Shown: positions 50,598 to 61,322, numbered from the stretch's first letter. The stretch: DNA of 64,000 bases from Leptolyngbyaceae cyanobacterium (GCA_050331235.1 JBHJHA010000088.1:1-64000); one strand, 5' to 3'. The notes: generated by a model not told the origin, from the letters alone. Made by a program: numbers and translations.

Positions 50598-51482
50598 TTA
50601 GGTAAAACAGCCGAGGATCATGCCAACCAGCAACGCACATCCCAGTATCACGTTTTGCCGAAAGATCTTGCCATATAGTGAGCGAGGCGGGGTGTAAAGG
50701 GTTAGCAAGTACCCTTCCCGCGCCCACAGAACAATCGCCCCCAGCAGCGCCAACCAAAAAGGCCAACCCAGAGACATCACCCATCCTGTCGCGCCTAAAA
50801 AGGCGGCAGCACAGCCAAAAAAGACGGTCACGGCTAACGGTGTACTGGAGCCAAAAAACCGGGCACTGGAGTTTACCCCAAGTTGGGCGTCAAACTCGCG
50901 ATCGGGAATGGCATACACCGTATCGAAGCCCAACGTCCAAAACACAACGGCTGCCCACAACAGCCAAGCCGCCAATTCCAACTGATTGGCCACAGCCGCC
51001 CAGGGAATCAGTACGGCAAAGCCCCAGGCAATCGCCAACACCAACTGCGGAATCGGAAAATGCCGCTTAGCCAGGGGATATAGCACAATCACCGGCACTG
51101 CTATAACGCAGAGCATAAAGCTGAGAGCGTTGAGATAAAAAGTCAGACCATAGGCGCAAACAAAGAGCAAGATGGCGAGGGCGATCGCCACCCAAACGGA
51201 TAATTGTTTGGCGGCCAACGGCCGATTGCGAGTGCGCTGTACTTGGGGGTCAATGTCTCGATCCCAGAGATCGTTCACAATGCAGCCCGCAGCGCTTGTG
51301 ACCACGCTACCCAACACAATCACAATGAGTAGGCCCAAGGGTGGCGTTCCCCGAGCCGCTAAAAATAATGCCCACAGGGCAGGCACCATCAAAATCAAAC
51401 GGCCCGTGGGCTTATCCCACCGGACTAGCCGGAGAATAACTTTCCAACTCGGTTCAGGCTTAGGCAGATTGGGCGTTTCCAT
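50598..51482 (-). CDS. plqA: 4-hydroxybenzoate solanesyltransferase (UbiA family)
   Basis: RWDKPTG, NDLWDRDIDPQVQRT..RPL, YPLAKR, FDTVYA. Confidence 0.93.
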   Translation of the reverse strand: METPNLPKPEPSWKVILRLVRWDKPTGRLILMVPALWALFLAARGTPPLGLLIVIVLGSVVTSAAGCIVNDLWDRDIDPQVQRTRNRPLAAKQLSVWVAIALAILLFVCAYGLTFYLNALSFMLCVIAVPVIVLYPLAKRHFPIPQLVLAIAWGFAVLIPWAAVANQLELAAWLLWAAVVFWTLGFDTVYAIPDREFDAQLGVNSSARFFGSSTPLAVTVFFGCAAAFLGATGWVMSLGWPFWLALLGAIVLWAREGYLLTLYTPPRSLYGKIFRQNVILGCALLVGMILGCFT

Positions 51483-51749
51483 ACACTCGTGACAGTTCTT
51501 TGATTTAAAGCATAGCCCTGATGGAAAGTGCGGATGGTCGAAAAATATTGATTTCCACCAAAATGTTCCGTTGACTATCGGTTGATTGACGACTAATGGG
51601 CGATCGCTCGTGTGAGAATTTGGTAAAGTCCGCTGGGCCCGACACGCTACTCAGTATCCAACTACACATCGGGCACATCCCGGTTGAGAGACTCTGGAGG
51701 TTTATAAAATACTTGTGAATTCTGTCCCATTGTCAAAGACCGGCAAAAT

Positions 51750-51774
51750 ACTTATGGTTAAAGTAACCATAAGT
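51750..51774. promoter_or_regulatory. NrtR operator
   Basis: Perfect inverted repeat ACTTATGGTTA-AAG-TAACCATAAGT with GT-N7-AC core just upstream of an operon containing nrtR. Confidence 0.85.
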
Positions 51775-51785
51775 CATTCAAAAGG

Positions 51786-53153
51786 TTGTCCATGACCCCT
51801 GCACCTTTACAGGCATTGCCTGAAGATTACAGCCTGCTGACCGATCTTTACCAGCTCACCATGAGTGCCTGTTATGTCGGTGAGGGGCTCGATCAGCGAC
51901 GGGCTAGTTTTGAGCTATTTACCCGGCGACTGCCCCCTGATTTTGGCTATTTGATTGCAATGGGACTTGCCCAAGCGATCGAATACCTGGAGACCTGGAC
52001 CTTTTGCGATCGCCACCTAACTCAGCTGCAGGCCTTAGGCGTGTTTGATCAGGCTCCCGCAGCGTTTTGGGAGACCCTGCGGGACGCTCGCTTTACCGGC
52101 GATGTCTGGGCCGTCCCTGAAGGAACTGCAGTATTTGCCAATGAACCGCTGCTACGGATTGAAGCCCCACTGTGGCAAGCCCAGGTGGCAGAAACCTATC
52201 TGCTCAATACGTTGAACTACCAAACCCTAATTGCGACCCGAGCCGCCCGCATGCGGGATATGGCCGGTCCTGAGGCCAAGCTGCTGGAGTTTGGCACCCG
52301 TCGGGCCTTTAGCCCCCAAGGGGCCATGTGGGCGGCTCGGGCGGCCCTGGCGGGCGGGTTTGATAGCACATCTAATGTGTTAGCAGCGATGCAGTTGGGG
52401 CAGCAGCCAACCGGTACGATGGCCCATGCGCTGGTGATGGCGATCGCGGCTTTAGAAGGAAGTGAGGCCGATGCCTTTGCCGCCTTTCAACGGTATTTTC
52501 CCGGAGCACCGTTGTTGATCGACACCTATGACACCGTGGCCGCAGCCCGATACTTGGCAGCGAGTCGCCAACAAGGTGAGCTGGGCTTGGCTGGAGTTAG
52601 ACTCGACTCAGGGGAGTTAGTGTCCCTCTCGCAGCAGGTGCGCGAAATTTTGCCGGGCGTCCCGATTTTTGTCAGCGGTGATGTGGATGAGTATGCGATC
52701 GCGGAAATGCGCCAAGCCGGAGCCATAATCGACGGCTACGGTTTAGGGACTCGGCTAGTAACAGGTAAACCGGTTAACGGAGTCTATAAGCTGGTGGATA
52801 TTGCTGGCATCCCCGTTATGAAAGAGTCTTCTAGCAAGGCGACTTATCCCGGACGCAAGCAGGTCTTTCGGCAGTATCAGGGCGATCGCGCGGTCAAAGA
52901 TTGGCTCGGTTTGGCATCGGAGTCGCATAACCATGGTGCTCAGCCCCTGCTGCAGCCGGTCATGCAAGCAGGGCAGCGGGTTAGCGAGCCGGAGTCGCTT
53001 GCCACCATTGCCGAGCGTACCGCCCATTCAGTGGCGGCTTTGCCAGAGTCGAGCCGGCGGGTCCGTGACCCTAGTGCTTACGATGTGGAGATTACGCCAG
53101 AGCTCTTAGCGCTAACCCAAACCACCCGTCAAGCAGCGGTCTCACTCCAGTGA
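51786..53153 (+). CDS. pncB: Nicotinate phosphoribosyltransferase
   Basis: LLTDLYQLTM, EFGTRRA, GTMAH, LIDTYD, VRLDSG, GVYKLV. Confidence 0.95.
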   Translation: MSMTPAPLQALPEDYSLLTDLYQLTMSACYVGEGLDQRRASFELFTRRLPPDFGYLIAMGLAQAIEYLETWTFCDRHLTQLQALGVFDQAPAAFWETLRDARFTGDVWAVPEGTAVFANEPLLRIEAPLWQAQVAETYLLNTLNYQTLIATRAARMRDMAGPEAKLLEFGTRRAFSPQGAMWAARAALAGGFDSTSNVLAAMQLGQQPTGTMAHALVMAIAALEGSEADAFAAFQRYFPGAPLLIDTYDTVAAARYLAASRQQGELGLAGVRLDSGELVSLSQQVREILPGVPIFVSGDVDEYAIAEMRQAGAIIDGYGLGTRLVTGKPVNGVYKLVDIAGIPVMKESSSKATYPGRKQVFRQYQGDRAVKDWLGLASESHNHGAQPLLQPVMQAGQRVSEPESLATIAERTAHSVAALPESSRRVRDPSAYDVEITPELLALTQTTRQAAVSLQ

Positions 53154-53208
53154 TCTCAACCCGCCCAACGTTGATTAATTGTTGTTGACGATTCCTTTCC
53201 CAAAGCCT

Positions 53209-53808
53209 ATGCGCATTGCTTTATTTGGTATGAGTGCCGACCCCCCCCATCGTGGCCATGGCGATATTTTGTCCTGGTTAGCCCAGCATTTTGACCATGT
53301 CGCGGTGTGGGCGTCTGACAATCCCTTTAAGGAGCATCAGTGTCCGCTGCGCGATCGCGCGGCCATGTTGGAGCTGATGATTCAAGATTTGCCAGTAGCG
53401 GCGGGCAAAATAGCACTCCACGAAGACCTGAGTCATCGGCGTAGCTTAATCAGCGCCCAGCGAGCCCGAGACCGCTGGCCCCAAGCGTCACTGAGCTTAG
53501 TCGTGGGGGCTGATTTGGTCGAGCAGCTACCTCGCTGGTATCAATCTCAAATGCTCTTTCAGCTGGTGGAAATTTTGGTGATCCCCCGTCCGGGGTATCC
53601 ACTGTCAGAGGCCGCATTAGAACCCATTCGGCAAGCTGGGGGAACGGTCACGATCGCCGACTCCGCCGAAACCTTCGCGATCTCTTCTTCTTATTACCGG
53701 CAGACAGAAGACCCTGAAGCTTTGCCGGCGTCTGTCCGGGCTTACATTAACCAAAAAAACCTATATCCATGCACGGAAAGCTCCAAAGAAAAACAGCCAA
53801 TTGTGTAG
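53209..53808 (+). CDS. nadD: Nicotinate-nucleotide adenylyltransferase
   Basis: MRIALFGMSADPPHRGH, VVGADL..LPRWY, ISSS; operon context. Confidence 0.9.
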   Translation: MRIALFGMSADPPHRGHGDILSWLAQHFDHVAVWASDNPFKEHQCPLRDRAAMLELMIQDLPVAAGKIALHEDLSHRRSLISAQRARDRWPQASLSLVVGADLVEQLPRWYQSQMLFQLVEILVIPRPGYPLSEAALEPIRQAGGTVTIADSAETFAISSSYYRQTEDPEALPASVRAYINQKNLYPCTESSKEKQPIV

Positions 53809-54515
53809 AACCTGAATCGTTAGCCGACTTCAAGGTGGGCGTCGATAATGTGATCTTTTCGGTGGATACTGATCAGCATCGCCTGTTAGTGCTGTTGGTG
53901 ATGCGTCATAACAGTCCCTACGGGGGCTGTTGGAGTCTACCGGGTACTTTGGTGCGCCAAGGCGAGTCGTTAGAAGATGCTGCCTATCGCGTCTTGTCCG
54001 AAAAAATTCGGGTTAACAATCTTTATCTCGAGCAGCTTTACACCTTTGGCGGACCGGATCGGGATCCACGGGAAGCCAATGAATCCTATGGTGTGCGATA
54101 TCTTTCGGTTAGCCATTTTGCCCTAGTACGCTTTGCCGAAGCGGAACTGATCGCTGATGGCGTCAGCGGCATTGCCTGGTATCCTTTAGCGCAAATTCCG
54201 ACCCTAGCCTTCGATCATGCAGAAATTTTAGCCTATGGCTATCAGCGGCTAAAAAATAAGCTGGAATATAGCCCGATCGCCTTTGATGTCTTGCCAGATG
54301 TCTTTACCCTGGGCGACCTGTATCAGCTCTATGTCACCGTGTTGGGCGAAGATTTTTCTGACTATTCCAACTTTCGATCCCGGTTACTCAAGCTGAAGTT
54401 TTTACAAGATACGGGACACAAAACGTCCCGAGGTGCAGGGCGTCCGTCCAGTTTGTACCGATTTGATGCGGCGGCATTTGCCGATCTCAAAGATAAGCCG
54501 AAGGTATTTATCTAA
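53769..54515 (+). CDS. nrtR: Nudix-related transcriptional regulator
   Basis: WSLPG degenerate Nudix box, LEQLYTF..RDPR, LAFDH, C-terminal wHTH (NFR, GRP..LY). Confidence 0.92.
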   Translation: MHGKLQRKTANCVEPESLADFKVGVDNVIFSVDTDQHRLLVLLVMRHNSPYGGCWSLPGTLVRQGESLEDAAYRVLSEKIRVNNLYLEQLYTFGGPDRDPREANESYGVRYLSVSHFALVRFAEAELIADGVSGIAWYPLAQIPTLAFDHAEILAYGYQRLKNKLEYSPIAFDVLPDVFTLGDLYQLYVTVLGEDFSDYSNFRSRLLKLKFLQDTGHKTSRGAGRPSSLYRFDAAAFADLKDKPKVFI

Positions 54516-54626
54516 AACTCAGGGGGCGCAAACAGACCTAATCGCCCAGCCTGAAATGACCCACTTTCTTTACTGGTGGCTGTCATCTGTCTGACCTCTC
54601 TTATCCCTTGATTATGGGTATTTCCA

Positions 54627-56399
54627 ATGAAAATTGCGATCGCTCAACTTAACCCCACCATTGGCAACCTCACCCAAAATGCCGACCAGATCTTGGCCGC
54701 CGCTAATGACGCGGCCCAAGGGGGGGCTCGTTTAGTATTGACGCCAGAGCTGTCTCTGTGTGGCTACCCGCCGCGGGACTTGCTGCTGCGGCCGGGCTTT
54801 ATTCAGGCAATGGAGGGACAACTGCAGGCGTTAGCTCAGCGTTTGCCCGCAAACGTAGCGGTACTGGTGGGCTTTGCGGAGCCCAATACCGGGGCCAGCG
54901 ATCGCGGAGAAAAACCACTCTACAACAGCATCGCTTGGCTCGAGGCAGGGGGCATCCAGCAGATCTTTCGCAAGCGACTCTTGCCCACCTACGACGTGTT
55001 TGACGAAGACCGATACTTTGAACCCGGTGACCACGTTAACCACTTTCACTTAGCCCTCTCGGCGGGAGCAGTGCTGCACATTGGCGTCACCATCTGCGAA
55101 GACCTATGGAACGATGAACAGTTTTGGGGGCAGCGTAAATATCCCCATAACCCCATCGCTGAACTGCAGGAGGTAGGAGTCGATTTGGTAGTCAATTTAT
55201 CGGCCTCTCCGTTTACGGCTCGCAAACAGCAGATTCGCGAGGCCATGCTGGCCCACAGTGCCCAGCGCTTTCAGGTGCCTATTGTGTATGCCAACCAGGT
55301 GGGGGCCAATGACGACTTAATTTTTGACGGCAGCAGCGTGGCCGTCAGCCGGGGGGGAGCCGTAGTTGGGCGTGCGGCCGCTTTCAATACCGATTTGCTG
55401 TGGGCAACTTATGATCCAAAGACTCAGGATTTACAGCCTGAACGTATCACGGCGGCGATCGCAGACCTCAACGAAGATATTTGGCTAGCATTGGTACTCG
55501 GGGTCAAAGACTACGCCCACAAATGCGGCTTTAGCAAAGCGGTAATTGGCCTCAGTGGGGGGGTTGACTCGGCGCTGGTGGCGGCGATCGCAACCGCCGC
55601 CCTAGGGCCGCAAAACGTGCTGGGTATTTTGATGCCCTCTCCCTACAGCTCTGAGCACTCCATCAGCGATGCCGAAACATTGGTCAGTAATTTAGGCATC
55701 CACAGCGAAAAGCTCGCCATCGGCTCTCTAATGGATGGCTACAACCAAGTCTTAGCCGGTCTATTTGCCGATACGGAATTTGGCGTCGCGGAAGAAAACA
55801 TTCAATCTCGCATTCGCGGCAATTTACTGATGGCGATTTCCAACAAGTTTGGCCATTTACTCCTCTCGACGGGCAACAAGTCAGAGATGGCGGTGGGCTA
55901 CTGCACTCTCTATGGCGATATGAACGGTGGCTTGGCAGTCATTGCGGATGTTCCTAAAACTCGGGTTTATGAGATTTGCCGCTGGCTCAACCGACATCCT
56001 CAGGCAGTTTTAGGGACGGAGGAGCAGCATTCAGCCACTGCCCCCGTCATTCCGAGCAATATCTTGACCAAGGCCCCTAGCGCCGAACTCAAGCCCGGAC
56101 AAGTCGATCAAGATTCCCTACCTAGCTATGAAGTGCTAGATGACATTCTCGATCGCTTGGTACAGCGTCAACAAGCGACGTCAGAAATTGTTGACGCCGG
56201 CCATGATTGGGCGATCGTAAATAAAGTTGTACGACTAATGTCACGGGCTGAGTTCAAACGCCGGCAGGCCCCTCCGGTGCTCAAGATTACTGATCGGGCA
56301 TTTGGGTCAGAATGGCGGATGCCCATTGCTAGCCGGTGGGTAAGCAGTATCACACAAACCGAGGCTGCCCTAGTATCAACCCCCACCTCGGTGTCCTGA
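54627..56399 (+). CDS. nadE: Glutamine-dependent NAD+ synthetase
   Basis: Nitrilase-type domain (PEL, RKRLLP, ICEDLW) plus GLSGGVDS, TGNKSE, PSAELKP. Confidence 0.97.
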   Translation: MKIAIAQLNPTIGNLTQNADQILAAANDAAQGGARLVLTPELSLCGYPPRDLLLRPGFIQAMEGQLQALAQRLPANVAVLVGFAEPNTGASDRGEKPLYNSIAWLEAGGIQQIFRKRLLPTYDVFDEDRYFEPGDHVNHFHLALSAGAVLHIGVTICEDLWNDEQFWGQRKYPHNPIAELQEVGVDLVVNLSASPFTARKQQIREAMLAHSAQRFQVPIVYANQVGANDDLIFDGSSVAVSRGGAVVGRAAAFNTDLLWATYDPKTQDLQPERITAAIADLNEDIWLALVLGVKDYAHKCGFSKAVIGLSGGVDSALVAAIATAALGPQNVLGILMPSPYSSEHSISDAETLVSNLGIHSEKLAIGSLMDGYNQVLAGLFADTEFGVAEENIQSRIRGNLLMAISNKFGHLLLSTGNKSEMAVGYCTLYGDMNGGLAVIADVPKTRVYEICRWLNRHPQAVLGTEEQHSATAPVIPSNILTKAPSAELKPGQVDQDSLPSYEVLDDILDRLVQRQQATSEIVDAGHDWAIVNKVVRLMSRAEFKRRQAPPVLKITDRAFGSEWRMPIASRWVSSITQTEAALVSTPTSVS

Positions 56400-56608
56400 A
56401 GTAGGAACGAGTTCCTATATCTCAAGATCAGCCGAACGACTGCTTGCCGTTTGGCAAAAATGCGCTCAAATTTTTCTGACAACTATTGTCATAACTAAAC
56501 GTTGCAGCGGCTCAGCGCCGCCCCCGCCCAAGCCTCTCCGACCAAATCATCGAGGCCCATTAAGTCATCGATTGAATTATTGCAGAAAGCTTATTCTTTA
56601 TTTTCATT

Positions 56609-56627
56609 ATTGCAATCAATTCTCAAC
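56609..56627. promoter_or_regulatory. Putative Fur box
   Basis: ATTGCAATCAATTCTCAAC, AT-rich imperfect palindrome (TTG.AAT..ATT.TCAA) upstream of a TAAACT -10-like hexamer. Confidence 0.5.
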
Positions 56628-56647
56628 AAATTAGGGTAAACTGAATG

Positions 56648-56726
56648 AAAAGAAGGCTTACCAGTTAAGCATTTCTGTTCTCCTCTCAATATTGACTTAG
56701 GTGCTTCTACGGAGGCACCTATTTTT
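56648..56726 (+). ncRNA. Candidate small RNA, IsaR1-like
   Basis: 5' hairpin, CU-rich TGTTCTCCTCTCAA tract, TAGGTGCTTC-TACG-GAGGCACCTA stem plus T5; Fur-like box upstream. Confidence 0.5.
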
Positions 56727-57136
56727 ATGATGCCTGCCGCTTTTCGCAGTACGGGTTTTTCTGTGCGATCAATCTTCTCATTGAGCGTTTAGGCTCAATT
56801 TCGGGAATAGTGGATGTGTGAATTTCATAAGGATTCTCGGAGTATCATCAAGCTTCTATCGGAAAACCTTTGAAATCTGCGTGTTTTTACGTAGTTTACC
56901 TCCCTGCTGGCAAGGACTGTGTCCGGAGCATGATCGCCCTGCGCGATCGGCTGAGGTTAAGTCAAGCCGTTATCACTTTCCTCTGCATTACTACTGTTTT
57001 GAGTCAGTGTTGTTTTGGCCGTAGGTAACGGGACTAGTCGGAGTCTTGACGACGATAGTCCTGGACTATTCACTAGATAGCCTTTGAGTTGCCTCAATGT
57101 CGATTTGAACGTTGTTCATCACCATTTTCCCCCGAC

Positions 57137-59377
57137 ATGGTCCGTGATTTTCCCTCTATGCAATCTCTCCCTTCGTGCAAACAAGTGACCGACACTCTCT
57201 TCACGATTCCAACTGTTTTAGATTCAATTGCCGATCCCATTTTTCTGACGGATGCCAAGGGCAATTGGATTTATGTCAATCGTGCTTGTTGCGAGCTGTT
57301 GGGAGTCCAGTCGACAGCTTTGTTGGGGACACCGCAATCTGCTTGGCTTACTCACACCGGATTGGATGCTTTACAGGCTTTGCAACAAACGGCCTTGATA
57401 ACCTGCGCCCCCCAAGAGCAAGAGATTGCCCTGCGAAATGGCCAGGATGAGGTGCGGATTCTCGCGGTCAAAATTAGTCTGTTGCCCCAGCCTGAACAAC
57501 CAGAACTGTTGGTTCATATCCTGAGGGATATTACGCATCGGGTCGAAGCGGAACAAACGCTGCAACGGGAATCTCGCCGCGAGCGGTTGCTAGGGGCGAT
57601 CGCAAAGCATCTACTCCAGTCAATGCGACCGGCGGATTTGCTAGAGCGCAGTATGGAGGAAGTCCAGCGCTTTTTAGAAGCTGACCGTGTGTTGTTTTAC
57701 AGCCTGCGCCCGGACCATGTGGGGGTGATTGCCGAAGCCGTTGTGGCAGAGCAATGCTCCCTTAAAGAAATTTTGCTGGATCATGCTTGCTTGCAGGGGC
57801 AGGGGCTCGACAACTATCGTCGAGGCGAAATTCAGGTCGTTGAAGATGTGGTCAACGCCAACTTGCCCGCAGAGCAAAAGAGCCATCTGCAATCCTTCAA
57901 TGTGCAGTCACACATCTCTATTCCGGTTATTCAAGGGGATACCTTGCTGGGGCTGATTTGTGTGCATGATTGTACTCATCCGCGGCCGTGGCTACCGTGG
58001 GAAATTGAGTCTCTGCGGGATGTAGCCATCCAAGTGGGGCGGGCGATCGCCCAGGCGGATCTCTACAGCGAAGTCCGTGATCTCAACACTCAATTGGAAA
58101 CTCAAGTCGAACAGCGTACGCGGCAACTTCGTCAAGCCCTCGATTTTGAAGCTACGCTGAAGCGCATTGCCGATCGCGTTCGCGACAGCCTAGACGAATC
58201 CCAAATTTTGCAAACGGCGGTGGAAGAACTCACGGGTGTACTCGGGGCTCGAGGTTCCAACACAGCACTGTACGACCTTGAGCAAGGAACCTCCACTATT
58301 TATTACGAATACAATGAGTCGTTGCCTCCCTATCAAGGTCGAGTTGCCCAGATGGAGGCTTTTCCTGAGGTTTACCATCAGCTACTGGCGGGGCAATATT
58401 TTCAGTTTTGCTCAAAAGAACCTAACCCAGTGAGGGGACATGTAGCGATGTTTGCTTGCCCCATTCGGGATGATCGAGGGGTGCTAGGCGACCTGTGGCT
58501 GATCAACGAAAAAGATTACGGCTTCGAAGATCAAGAGATTCGCTTAGTGCAGCAAGTTGCCAATCAATGCGCGATCGCCATTCGTCAAGCTCGGCTCTAT
58601 CAGGCCTCCCAAGCTCAGGTCAAAGAACTGGAGCGCCTCAACCAACTCAAGGATGACTTTCTCAGCACCGTCTCTCACGAATTGCGTACCCCCGTCACCA
58701 GTATGCGAGTCGCGCTGCAACTCTTGGGCGTTACCCTCAATCAAGAGTTTCAGCTCAACGAGGAATTGCTCAAACCCAAAACGAGCCAAAATCGGATTGC
58801 TCGTTACTACACAGTGCTCAAGGAAGAGTGTGAGCGGGAGATCAGCCTGATTAATGATCTGCTCGACTTGCAGCGGCTAGATGGCGGTAACCATCCCATC
58901 ACTCCCCAAGACATCAATCTCAAGAGCTGGCTGGCCGGCATTGCCCATGGTTTTGACGAACGGGCCCAAAGCCGCGACCAGTCGATCGGCATTGATTTGC
59001 CCGAGACATTGCCAGCGATTATCAGTGATCAAGCCAGCTTGGAGCGGGTATTTGCAGAGCTGCTGAACAACGCCTGCAAATATACTCCTCCCGGCGAAAC
59101 GATTTTAGTGTCTGCGTCTATGCAGCCCGATCAAAACATTTTGGTAACCGTGGCTAACTCCGGAATCGAAATTCCGCCAACGGAGCTTGCCCGAATTTTT
59201 GATAAGTTTTATCGAGTCCCGAGTTCTGACCCTTGGAAGCAGGGCGGCACTGGCTTGGGATTAGCCCTAGTGCAAAAACTCTTAGTCCACATCGGTGGCG
59301 ATATTGAAGTCACCAGCCGTGACAATATGACCGCCTTTAAGATTACCCTGCCGCTGGATCTGACGCTGGTTCTATGA
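57137..59377 (+). CDS. PAS-GAF-GAF sensor histidine kinase (start uncertain)
   Basis: PAS, phytochrome-like GAF (DRVLFY), second GAF, VSHELRTP, NNACKYT, GGTGLGL. Confidence 0.92.
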   Translation: MVRDFPSMQSLPSCKQVTDTLFTIPTVLDSIADPIFLTDAKGNWIYVNRACCELLGVQSTALLGTPQSAWLTHTGLDALQALQQTALITCAPQEQEIALRNGQDEVRILAVKISLLPQPEQPELLVHILRDITHRVEAEQTLQRESRRERLLGAIAKHLLQSMRPADLLERSMEEVQRFLEADRVLFYSLRPDHVGVIAEAVVAEQCSLKEILLDHACLQGQGLDNYRRGEIQVVEDVVNANLPAEQKSHLQSFNVQSHISIPVIQGDTLLGLICVHDCTHPRPWLPWEIESLRDVAIQVGRAIAQADLYSEVRDLNTQLETQVEQRTRQLRQALDFEATLKRIADRVRDSLDESQILQTAVEELTGVLGARGSNTALYDLEQGTSTIYYEYNESLPPYQGRVAQMEAFPEVYHQLLAGQYFQFCSKEPNPVRGHVAMFACPIRDDRGVLGDLWLINEKDYGFEDQEIRLVQQVANQCAIAIRQARLYQASQAQVKELERLNQLKDDFLSTVSHELRTPVTSMRVALQLLGVTLNQEFQLNEELLKPKTSQNRIARYYTVLKEECEREISLINDLLDLQRLDGGNHPITPQDINLKSWLAGIAHGFDERAQSRDQSIGIDLPETLPAIISDQASLERVFAELLNNACKYTPPGETILVSASMQPDQNILVTVANSGIEIPPTELARIFDKFYRVPSSDPWKQGGTGLGLALVQKLLVHIGGDIEVTSRDNMTAFKITLPLDLTLVL

Positions 59378-59430
59378 GGGGGCAGCGTAGCGTCCTGCCG
59401 AATACATCAATGACTGCCACCGATCGCCGC

Positions 59431-61044
59431 TCAAGCCTCCTCTGGTAAAGAACGGGGCTCGGCGATCGCTGAGTCCCGCATCTCAACTGGCAATTGGCCG
59501 CTGCGAATATGTAAATCTCGCTGGGGAAATGGAATTTCAATTTGCTTGTGACGTAAGGCAGCTTCGATTTCAAAATAGAGATCGCTTTTGATTACTAACT
59601 GCTTTGGGGGGTCCACAATCCATACCAGCAGTTCAAAATCTAGGGAGCTATCGCCAAATCCTTTGAAAAAGACCAAGGGCGGCGGATTAGAAAGAACTTG
59701 AGGATGCTGATAACTCACCTCGATCAAGACTTCTTTAACAAGTTTGGGATCGGAGCTATAAGCCACACCCACCGGCAAGCGAATCCGAGAAACTGGGTTG
59801 CGATGGCTCCAGTTAATAACTTCTTGCTCCAAAAAGCGAGAGTTCGGCACGATGATTGAGATTTGATCTAACGTTCTGATCTCAGTGCTTCTCACACCGA
59901 TGTGCTCAACAGTGCCTTGAAAGTCACCAAAGGCGACAAAATCACCAGCCTGAATGGGCCGCTCAAACACTAAAATAATGCCGCTGCCAAAGTCTTTCAC
60001 AATATTTTGTAATCCTAAGCCGACGCCGACCCCCAGGGCACTGGCGATGAGCGCAAGAGAGCTGAGGTCTAACCCCCAAATTTGTAGCAACACCACTGCA
60101 CCGACAAAAATGAAGCAATATTTTGCCAGAATCGATATTGCTTCGCGGGAACCGCGATCGATGCCGGTGAGTCGCAGTACCCGAGAGCGCAAAAAGTTTG
60201 CAAAAATGCTGGAGATGACGACTACCGCCAGCATCAGCATAAACAAAATTAATAGGCTGAAAATCGAAAACTCGTTTTGTCCCAACTTAAGGTTGGGTTC
60301 TAGGAAGCCCACAAAGGCCTGACGGCGAACGAAATAGCTCCATCGGCGAGTCAAAGGAAACAGCGTAGTGATGTAGGTAATGACGCTAAACCACAGCCCA
60401 AAGCGAATCAAACTTAGCAAGAGAGAGAGGGAGAGGTTGAGCCCAGCCGGTGTTTGGTGACCATCATCGTCATCCGTGCTGGCGGCATTTTCCAGCATGG
60501 GGCGTAGCATCCGCTCCCACAGATAGCCGATGAGCTGGTGGGCGGCAAGGGTTAGCAAGATGAGGACGATCGCCAGCAAAACGCGCTCTCGAAATACCGA
60601 CTGGCTGCGTTCCTGTTGGGCCGTGGCAAACTCTTCCCGGAGCTGGATAGACCATTGATCACTGAGCGATCGCGGCGAGCTCGCGTCATTGAGCCGGGCA
60701 TCTTCTTGGGTGACGGTCATCAGATAGCGATCGTTCACCAAAATCACCGGGGCCTTATTGCGAATCTCAGTGCTGACGACTAGGTCGTCCTGTTCGTCAA
60801 TGAGTTCTTCCAGTTCCTGGCTGATGCCGTCGGCCCTTTCTTCGGCTTTAACTTGATTGGTTGAAGCCACGCTGAAGATGGGCCGACCATCAATAACGAT
60901 GGGGGCATCTTCGAGAAGACCAGTTTGGGCCATCACGCTGCCCATCAGCACGACCCACACCAAGGCAACCCAATAGACTGATCTCAGACATTGCTTGACG
61001 ACTGATCGCGGCCAATATTTTTTTCGCCTTGCTCGCTTGCCCAT
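59431..61044 (-). CDS. MscS-family mechanosensitive channel
   Basis: GVGLGLQ, FERPI..GD, IIVPNS, FGDSSLDFEL, IPFPQRD. Confidence 0.93.
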   Translation of the reverse strand: MGKRARRKKYWPRSVVKQCLRSVYWVALVWVVLMGSVMAQTGLLEDAPIVIDGRPIFSVASTNQVKAEERADGISQELEELIDEQDDLVVSTEIRNKAPVILVNDRYLMTVTQEDARLNDASSPRSLSDQWSIQLREEFATAQQERSQSVFRERVLLAIVLILLTLAAHQLIGYLWERMLRPMLENAASTDDDDGHQTPAGLNLSLSLLLSLIRFGLWFSVITYITTLFPLTRRWSYFVRRQAFVGFLEPNLKLGQNEFSIFSLLILFMLMLAVVVISSIFANFLRSRVLRLTGIDRGSREAISILAKYCFIFVGAVVLLQIWGLDLSSLALIASALGVGVGLGLQNIVKDFGSGIILVFERPIQAGDFVAFGDFQGTVEHIGVRSTEIRTLDQISIIVPNSRFLEQEVINWSHRNPVSRIRLPVGVAYSSDPKLVKEVLIEVSYQHPQVLSNPPPLVFFKGFGDSSLDFELLVWIVDPPKQLVIKSDLYFEIEAALRHKQIEIPFPQRDLHIRSGQLPVEMRDSAIAEPRSLPEEA

Positions 61045-61322
61045 GGCGATCTGACAATCTCCTCATGCTCTATCGCAATCCCAGCACAAATACTTGCCCT
61101 GAGCCTTTTCTGCATCCAGTAGCCAATGCCTTAGAATCTATGACGTTTCTAGATTTAGCAACCATTCACTCGCAACAGCCCCAGCCGTTGCCTGCGCAAT
61201 CGCGGTACCACTCAGACTGCAATTGCGGCTCAGCCAATTAGCAGCGGGCTTCCCTCAAAGAGACTAGGATACTTTCCGCCCGGAGGTACTATCCCCCGTT
61301 TAATAGGGGTTGCTCCCATTGG

